Shown in pieces: positions 15,201 through 20,000 of a stretch of DNA of 20,000 nucleotides. How positions within the stretch are numbered: position 1 is the first letter of the stretch; each line of letters starts with the position of its first letter. The stretch is from an uncultured virus (IMG/VR IMGVR_UViG_3300034374_008829) (Duplodnaviria; Heunggongvirae; Uroviricota; Caudoviricetes): IMG/VR virus record IMGVR_UViG_3300034374_008829; one strand, written 5' to 3'. The notes under the pieces were generated by a model. The model saw only the letters and a list, made by a program, of their open reading frames with translations, ran no database searches and was not told where the DNA came from. Made by a program: the position numbers and the translations under genes.

Positions 15201-15749
15201 TTAACCGAAAACTTTCTGGAACTCCGCCTCTAGTTGTTCTTGCAGGTAGTGCTTGATGGCAAATTTTGGAATGCCATTCTGTCCTTCGAATAGCGCCTTG
15301 ATCCACGGCCTGCCGGGCAGGTATGAGGTATCAGGTCGACCAAAGTTTTGAATCATGCCACCGTAGTGGACAATATTCGCATAAGGTGCTTTGTATTTAC
15401 CCTTGAAAGTACTCGTGGTTGCATTATGACTCAGGGTTTGGCTTAGGCTGCTGCGCAAATATCCCGTATCAACAATATCCCGAGGTGAGCCAACCGTTGA
15501 ACCATTTTGCCTTTTTGTTTGATTCGGCCAAGCCCACACGGCTGAACTCATGGCATTATCCAGCTGCAGCTTCAATTCTCGCTGCATAATTGGACCCAAT
15601 GCCTCTCTTGAGTTCCTGAGCCATAATTTATTCAGTTTATAAAACTCTGAATAGCTCGGCGTTGGCTTACTCAGCACAAACTTCAGCCTCGGTCTGCCGA
15701 TGACCTTTTTCGATACCCTAGAGAGCTTATTAATCTCTTTAATAAACAT
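15201..15749 (-). CDS. Neck / tail-completion protein (HK97 gp10-like, Ne1)
   Basis: Basic protein with WAWP..GSPRDIVDTGYLRSS, YKAPYANIVHYG and PGRPW motifs. Confidence 0.8.
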   Translation of the reverse strand: MFIKEINKLSRVSKKVIGRPRLKFVLSKPTPSYSEFYKLNKLWLRNSREALGPIMQRELKLQLDNAMSSAVWAWPNQTKRQNGSTVGSPRDIVDTGYLRSSLSQTLSHNATTSTFKGKYKAPYANIVHYGGMIQNFGRPDTSYLPGRPWIKALFEGQNGIPKFAIKHYLQEQLEAEFQKVFG

Positions 15750-15754
15750 TTTCT

Positions 15755-16264
15755 TTAGAATTCAAGGTTAGCACCAGTGATTTGGATCTGGACACCACCA
15801 ATCTCGTCATATACAATCTCATCAATTCCCTGACCCCCAAAAACGCCGCTAGAACGTTGAATACGAGCTTCGGGTACGATCGGGTCATTGCCGAACCGGA
15901 AGGCCCCTACAGAGCCGGGGAGAAGCCACTGAGGCTGTCCTGTAACATTAGTAAAGGTTAAACCTGACTCATCACTTGTTGAAAGGTTCCAGTTAGACGG
16001 AACCGTGCTAAACGCAAGTGCATAACCCCGATAATAAAACTGGTCACCTTTTGCACCAGCCATCATCTCGCCGCCAAGCTCAGATTGAAGCGGAATCTTC
16101 CTAGAACCCGAAGAAACACCGCTGTATTGCGCTCTTTTGATAAAAAGCTTGATTAAATACTTATCTGGTTGGCTATAAGTCAGACGACCACCGCTTATTG
16201 AGGTAGTTCCAAGGTTGTCCGCCAGGAACCGGCCATTAATATACGGATCTAACGGGCTCGCCAT
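15755..16264 (-). CDS. Putative head-closure protein
   Basis: 169 aa beta-rich protein upstream of the neck gene; function from synteny only. Confidence 0.55.
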   Translation of the reverse strand: MASPLDPYINGRFLADNLGTTSISGGRLTYSQPDKYLIKLFIKRAQYSGVSSGSRKIPLQSELGGEMMAGAKGDQFYYRGYALAFSTVPSNWNLSTSDESGLTFTNVTGQPQWLLPGSVGAFRFGNDPIVPEARIQRSSGVFGGQGIDEIVYDEIGGVQIQITGANLEF

Positions 16265-16279
16265 CGTTATCGCGGCTTT

Positions 16280-16462
16280 TTATTTAGTTTTCCGCTGCCT
16301 GCACTTTGCACAACTACCAATTTTGCCATTCAGGTACTGCGCAAACACTGAATTGACGTATCTGGGGGCATTACAACCCTCGCAAAACACCTCTTCAAGC
16401 GTAACTTTTGGTAATTTCAAATTATCATTCACCTCTTCCCCGCCAAATTGGGGAAAAGTCAT
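16280..16462 (-). CDS. Small zinc-ribbon protein
   Basis: 60 aa with CEGC...CAKC; has its own promoter-like motif upstream. Confidence 0.65.
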   Translation of the reverse strand: MTFPQFGGEEVNDNLKLPKVTLEEVFCEGCNAPRYVNSVFAQYLNGKIGSCAKCRQRKTK

Positions 16463-16485
16463 GGCTTTAGTCAGGTAACAGCACC

Positions 16486-16495
16486 TTAGGCTCCC
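16486..16495 (-). promoter_or_regulatory. Putative late promoter variant GGGAGCCTAA
   Basis: 23 nt upstream of ATG 16462. Confidence 0.5.
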
Positions 16496-16542
16496 TAGTT
16501 AGGTATAAATACCTACTAAAAGGGATGTCAAAGAACTCAGAA

Positions 16543-16782
16543 TTACCTTGGAAGCCGATCAGGCAACCCATCAATACCCCAATACTCCCAAAACTTTACC
16601 TTCACAGGATCCGCCATCGCAATATGCGCTTCCTCTTCCGATTCAAACAGCTTAATCATTAATCCAGTTACCCCATTCGTAATCGCCCACCCGCGATTCG
16701 TATTAGTAACCATTAATACAGCCTTCTTAGGCTTGTACTTGTACTGATTGTGCTTAAGCTCTTCGTAACGACGAAACGCCAC
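16543..16782 (-). CDS. Hypothetical protein (start uncertain: GTG 16782 or ATG 16713)
   Basis: The open frame fills the gap; the ORF-track start overlaps the methyltransferase. Confidence 0.55.
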   Translation of the reverse strand: MAFRRYEELKHNQYKYKPKKAVLMVTNTNRGWAITNGVTGLMIKLFESEEEAHIAMADPVKVKFWEYWGIDGLPDRLPR

Positions 16783-16813
16783 CGGAACCAAAAATTCAAC
16801 AGCCCCGACAATA

Positions 16814-17386
16814 TCATGATTTCCCAAGGACCTGTGCCCATTGGTCACCCATTGCATCCGCAATTCCCTGATAAGTCAAGCTTCGAAGCTTCCATCGATC
16901 TGGACCCGGCGGCATCCGATGTACAACTGGGCTTCGGCCTTCCACAATATTTGTAGGCTCCAGCTTTGGTAGATTCTTTAGCCATAAACAAGTCGCCTTA
17001 GTCTCACCATGACCAAACATCCACGGCTGAATAATTTGATCCGGTTTGCGAATCTTGCTGGAAATAATACTAACAGGATTCTCTAGCGCGATATGTTCGA
17101 TCGGAGCATCAAGAAGCCGACGGACAAAATCCAATGCCTCCGCTTGCTCAGCCTGCTTTAAGTGAAACCATCGAGCACCCGATACAGCTAAATGCGTACA
17201 TGGCGGATGAGCAACCATTAGATCCCAGCCGTCATTGATTATGTCAAATACATCACCCTGATAATGTGGGCCTGGCTGATCAGTTGGAAGCAAATCACAT
17301 GACACTGCCTCGCAACCATTTCTGATGAATGCATCCCGAACCCGCCCGCTATATTCACATGCAACTAATACCTTAGGCTTGTGCAT
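16814..17386 (-). CDS. Phage C5 DNA cytosine methyltransferase-like protein
   Basis: VLVACEYSG (SAM-binding variant), HPPCT (catalytic PC), ENP, and QPWMFG..TKATCLW motifs. Confidence 0.85.
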   Translation of the reverse strand: MHKPKVLVACEYSGRVRDAFIRNGCEAVSCDLLPTDQPGPHYQGDVFDIINDGWDLMVAHPPCTHLAVSGARWFHLKQAEQAEALDFVRRLLDAPIEHIALENPVSIISSKIRKPDQIIQPWMFGHGETKATCLWLKNLPKLEPTNIVEGRSPVVHRMPPGPDRWKLRSLTYQGIADAMGDQWAQVLGKS

Positions 17387-17405
17387 TGAAGCAGAAAAAT
17401 CTACT

Positions 17406-17415
17406 TCAATTTACC
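17406..17415 (-). promoter_or_regulatory. Putative late promoter variant GGTAAATTGA
   Basis: 19 nt upstream of ATG 17386. Confidence 0.45.
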
Positions 17416-17429
17416 GACAATAGAAAAAT

Positions 17430-17582
17430 CTATCTCTTCTTCTTAGCAGTCTTCTTCGCTTCCCGGAACGCACTCGCCTTCGGTGCACCCTTCGAACCCG
17501 GTTTCCTCATCTTCTCACCACTGCCACCCTTGATCCGCTTACGCTTGGCATGAATGTTCGCATACAAACCACGCTTAGCCAT
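17430..17582 (-). CDS. 50-aa highly basic small protein (not in the ORF track)
   Basis: MAKRGLYANIHAKRKRIKGGSGEKMRKPGSKGAPKASAFREAKKTAKKKR, with 19 K/R; fills the intergenic gap. Confidence 0.85.
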   Translation of the reverse strand: MAKRGLYANIHAKRKRIKGGSGEKMRKPGSKGAPKASAFREAKKTAKKKR

Positions 17583-17592
17583 CATTCATAAA

Positions 17593-17853
17593 TCATTCTG
17601 TCTTATTCTCCCAAGGCGCCCTAAGGCGCATCTCTGATCCATTCTCTTCATAAATTGGTTCATCCCCCTTCTCATTAAATAATTTACTCGCTTGCTCATC
17701 AACATCCTCCATCGTCTTAGCTGCCTTCCAATCAACCCAATCCGGTAAACACCACTTCCGTATTAACTTCACCCAATAATTAAATACCCACTTATTATCA
17801 TGCTTGATTAATTCATTCGTTACCTCATACGCTAATGCATTCCAAATCTTCAT
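17593..17853 (-). CDS. Hypothetical Trp-rich protein (86 aa)
   Basis: Start reassigned to ATG 17853 (MKIWNALAYE), giving an ATGA overlap with the upstream stop. Confidence 0.7.
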   Translation of the reverse strand: MKIWNALAYEVTNELIKHDNKWVFNYWVKLIRKWCLPDWVDWKAAKTMEDVDEQASKLFNEKGDEPIYEENGSEMRLRAPWENKTE

Positions 17854-18251
17854 GAACGAATTAAACCAGTAACACCGCCACCGGTATACCCACCCATATC
17901 TATACACTCACAAAATGCAAAATAATTAGCCAGATCCTTCTGAATTATCATGATCTCACTCTGAAGACCATCAATATCACCCTTGTTACGCTCCCACTCC
18001 AATACATCAGCCTTCACTAACGTCTTCCCTTCCGTATCAGCTAAATTAGCCGTCTCCTGCGCTGTCCTCGCCGTACTATAATCACTCAATAACCCCTTCA
18101 CCTTCAAAGAAGCACTAACATCAATATCCTCTAATTGATTCATACAACGCTGAACACAGTCCAACGTATACTTGCCAAATGGTAACTTTAATGCCTCAAT
18201 AACTAGCAAATCATCGCCAGCTACCCAGTTGTTACTAGTATCAAGCGCCAT
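17850..18251 (-). CDS. Putative head-tail adaptor
   Basis: 133 aa helical protein with a KADVLEW strand and C-terminal GLIRS; first gene of the late unit; function is an inference. Confidence 0.55.
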   Translation of the reverse strand: MALDTSNNWVAGDDLLVIEALKLPFGKYTLDCVQRCMNQLEDIDVSASLKVKGLLSDYSTARTAQETANLADTEGKTLVKADVLEWERNKGDIDGLQSEIMIIQKDLANYFAFCECIDMGGYTGGGVTGLIRS

Positions 18252-18277
18252 TGTTCGCTAGAATATATAAGCTATCG

Positions 18278-18287
18278 ATATACTTCC
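18278..18287 (-). promoter_or_regulatory. Putative late promoter variant GGAAGTATAT
   Basis: 26 nt upstream of ATG 18251. Confidence 0.45.
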
Positions 18288-18512
18288 ATGCCAGCTAATC
18301 AACGCCGTAATCAATATACCCTTAAGACAGGTACCATTGAACTCATCCTCGCAATTATCCTCAGCGTTCGCTGCCAAGCTCAAGAAGCTACAATTCAACT
18401 GCTCCGTAAACTATATGATCTCATTGATGAACATCAAGCCAAACATCTCATGACTCGCCTCGCTTCTTGCTTGACGGTATCCGAAAAAGAATGGCTCGCA
18501 CAATTACTCTAA
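18288..18512 (+). CDS. Hypothetical protein (74 aa)
   Basis: ATG-started ORF with amphipathic helices; no competing ORF on the other strand. Confidence 0.55.
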   Translation: MPANQRRNQYTLKTGTIELILAIILSVRCQAQEATIQLLRKLYDLIDEHQAKHLMTRLASCLTVSEKEWLAQLL

Positions 18513-18520
18513 CCCCTAAA

Positions 18521-18724
18521 ATGCTGCTCTGTAACCTCATATTCAACGCCTGCATCGTTGGCCTCGTAGAAATTGCCCCAAACTTCTTCGAACTTCATAC
18601 AATGCCCCTTCACTCTACAGGAGCTGGAGCTGCTACAATTAACACCTATTACACCCTAGGACCTGTTTCAAAATTTTCTCAAAATTTTCTCCCTGAGTCT
18701 CAGTTTGGGAACGGGGAGTACTGA
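18521..18724 (+). CDS. Hypothetical protein (67 aa)
   Basis: ATG 18521, 8 nt after the previous stop. Confidence 0.4.
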   Translation: MLLCNLIFNACIVGLVEIAPNFFELHTMPLHSTGAGAATINTYYTLGPVSKFSQNFLPESQFGNGEY

Positions 18725-18887
18725 TTTTTTTTACAGATTCTGGGAGGGGGTTGCCCTTCGAGCAGTACACCCGTACTATCGGGGTGGGGGTACGGTTTCG
18801 TATCACGCTTCAATCTGATACGACCTCATATCAGAGGGGTCAGGGTACGACGACGTACCGATGCTGATACGATACAGAAACGTATCA
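18669..18887. other. Structured region (phased A-tracts, G-runs, inverted repeats); candidate packaging/terminus site
   Basis: CAAAATTTTCT x2 at 18669-18690; eight G-runs of 3-5 nt; TGATACG/CGTATCA x4; several small palindromes. Confidence 0.5.
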
Positions 18888-19276
18888 CTAGCACTGACGC
18901 TACGGAGTCTAATCACAGCCAAGCTCGCTACGATTTAATATTATTTAATATAATATTACGAATTAAGTTAATTATATCCAGGCTAGGTAATTACGCTGAC
19001 TCAGTATAACGAACCGCATGCGCAGTTTGTTATAGTAACTGTTCCCCTGGGGTTGGCTATGCTTACTCTTCGTCTAGTTAGTTATACAAACGCTCGAGAG
19101 ATTGCGTCCTAGTTTGTGTTACTTAGCACTGCACAGTTAGCTATAACATATAACGACTAATCCTATTCAATTCTTTATATCTATATACTTAGCTATTGTA
19201 TTCTTTATATTTAGCTATATATAAGCTTATACCCAGGAGTTGCACTTTTCAAAATAAAGATATATTTAATAAATGA

Positions 19277-19390
19277 CTATATATAATTATATATAGCAAC
19301 TTACTAAATGTTATTTAGTAATCTCTTTGATATAATTATATTTAACAGATTGCTATTTGATATTTAGTAATCACCTATATATAATTATAT
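19277..19390. repeat. Degenerate 49-bp tandem repeat of AT-rich palindromes
   Basis: ATATAATTATAT at 19281, 19330 and 19379; TATTTAGTAATC at 19312 and 19361. Confidence 0.8.
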
Positions 19391-19482
19391 CGACGCAATC
19401 CTGTTTTATATCTATATAACATCTCAGATCCCTTGCGCTGGAAGGGGTTTCACGATCACTGGGAAATGAGTACAAATACCTA

Positions 19483-19511
19483 TTGGCAAACGGGCTGAAA
19501 TCTGCCATACT
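19483..19511 (+). promoter_or_regulatory. Sigma70-type early promoter
   Basis: TTGGCA-N17-CATACT with an extended TG; GGAGG SD at 19525-19529. Confidence 0.65.
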
Positions 19512-19537
19512 TAAAAAGTCAACGGGAGGTTCTCCAA

Positions 19538-19867
19538 ATGCGCAAAATCGAGCTTGAAATGAACAGGGCCGCCAGAGCACGGCGCGATTGGCGCTCCGGA
19601 AATACGTCAGTTGATATAACTGACAACGGGGTAATTATCCGACTTCATGGTAACAAAATCGCTCAAATCTTAGGCGATACGTTATATCTAACTGACTGCG
19701 GTTGGCAGACATCAACTACGAAATCTAGACTTAATTCTTTACTACGAGAGTTCACAAACGGAGGCTATATTTATCAGTCCAAATTCGAGTGGCATTTGGT
19801 ATATCCTGACGGCTGCGATTGCGAAATGGATTCTAACGAAACCTATGATATATTGTGCGCTGCTTGA
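19538..19867 (+). CDS. Early hypothetical protein of a family common in cyanophages
   Basis: MRKIE..M..A......WRSGNTSV...LHGNKIA....D.GWQT.TTKSRLN pattern (recall); strong SD and promoter. Confidence 0.85.
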   Translation: MRKIELEMNRAARARRDWRSGNTSVDITDNGVIIRLHGNKIAQILGDTLYLTDCGWQTSTTKSRLNSLLREFTNGGYIYQSKFEWHLVYPDGCDCEMDSNETYDILCAA

Positions 19868-19870
19868 TAT

Positions 19871-19903
19871 AAAAAAGGGGCCTAATTTGGCCCCTAGTTC
19901 TTT
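19871..19903. terminator. Probable bidirectional intrinsic terminator
   Basis: A6, then AGGGGCC-TAATTT-GGCCCCT, then AGTTCTTT. Confidence 0.7.
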
Positions 19904-19911
19904 ATATCATG

Positions 19912-19940
19912 TTGAGCAGAATTGAAATGGAAAGTATAAC
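19912..19940 (+). promoter_or_regulatory. Possible second sigma70-type promoter
   Basis: TTGAGC-N17-TATAAC right after the terminator. Confidence 0.4.
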
Positions 19941-20000
19941 GAACAGGAACCGAATTTGGTTTGTTAATTGTTCGTTACGTTCCGTTGCATCGCTTAACAT

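Noticed and set aside
16713..16817. 34-aa alternative-frame ORF MILSGLLNFW... coupled to the methyltransferase stop
   Set aside because: Has neat ATGA/TAATG overlaps but conflicts with a more protein-like overlapping frame; cannot be resolved without homologues.
19277..19430. CRISPR-like mini-array (12-bp repeat with 37-bp spacers)
   Set aside because: The repeat is too short and entirely AT, the spacers resemble each other, and there are no cas genes; better described as a degenerate tandem repeat.
19371..19580. 69-aa minus-strand ORF
   Set aside because: Antisense to the early promoter and gene and runs into the palindrome array; no coding signal.

Overview
A 20-kb piece of a tailed phage genome with siphovirus-type morphology genes. 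The protein types resemble those of marine cyanobacterial phages; this is an inference from recall, not a database result. Bases 1-18.25 kb are a late/morphogenesis region read almost entirely on the minus strand. In transcription order it holds: head-tail adaptor, small accessory genes (including a 50-aa basic ORF missing from the ORF track and a C5 cytosine methyltransferase), head closure, neck protein, tail chaperone with a -1 frameshift, an antisense HNH nuclease, tail terminator, tail tube, tape measure, tail tip/hub, a fibre cluster with very Cys-rich proteins and a LamG lectin, then scaffold and the start of the major capsid gene. About 18.7-19.5 kb is a non-coding switch region with G-runs, clustered inverted repeats and a 49-bp-periodic AT-rich palindrome array. 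It is followed by a divergent early gene with a sigma70-type promoter. The most notable signals not shown by the ORF track are: (1) a GGNAWNCTA-like motif at a nearly fixed distance upstream of most non-coupled late genes, a candidate phage late promoter; (2) three leader hairpins with GNGAU pentaloops before the scaffold and capsid genes; (3) a Cys-rich tail-fibre cluster interleaved with a CxxC protein; (4) a displaced frameshifting tail chaperone; (5) the structured putative pac/ori region.
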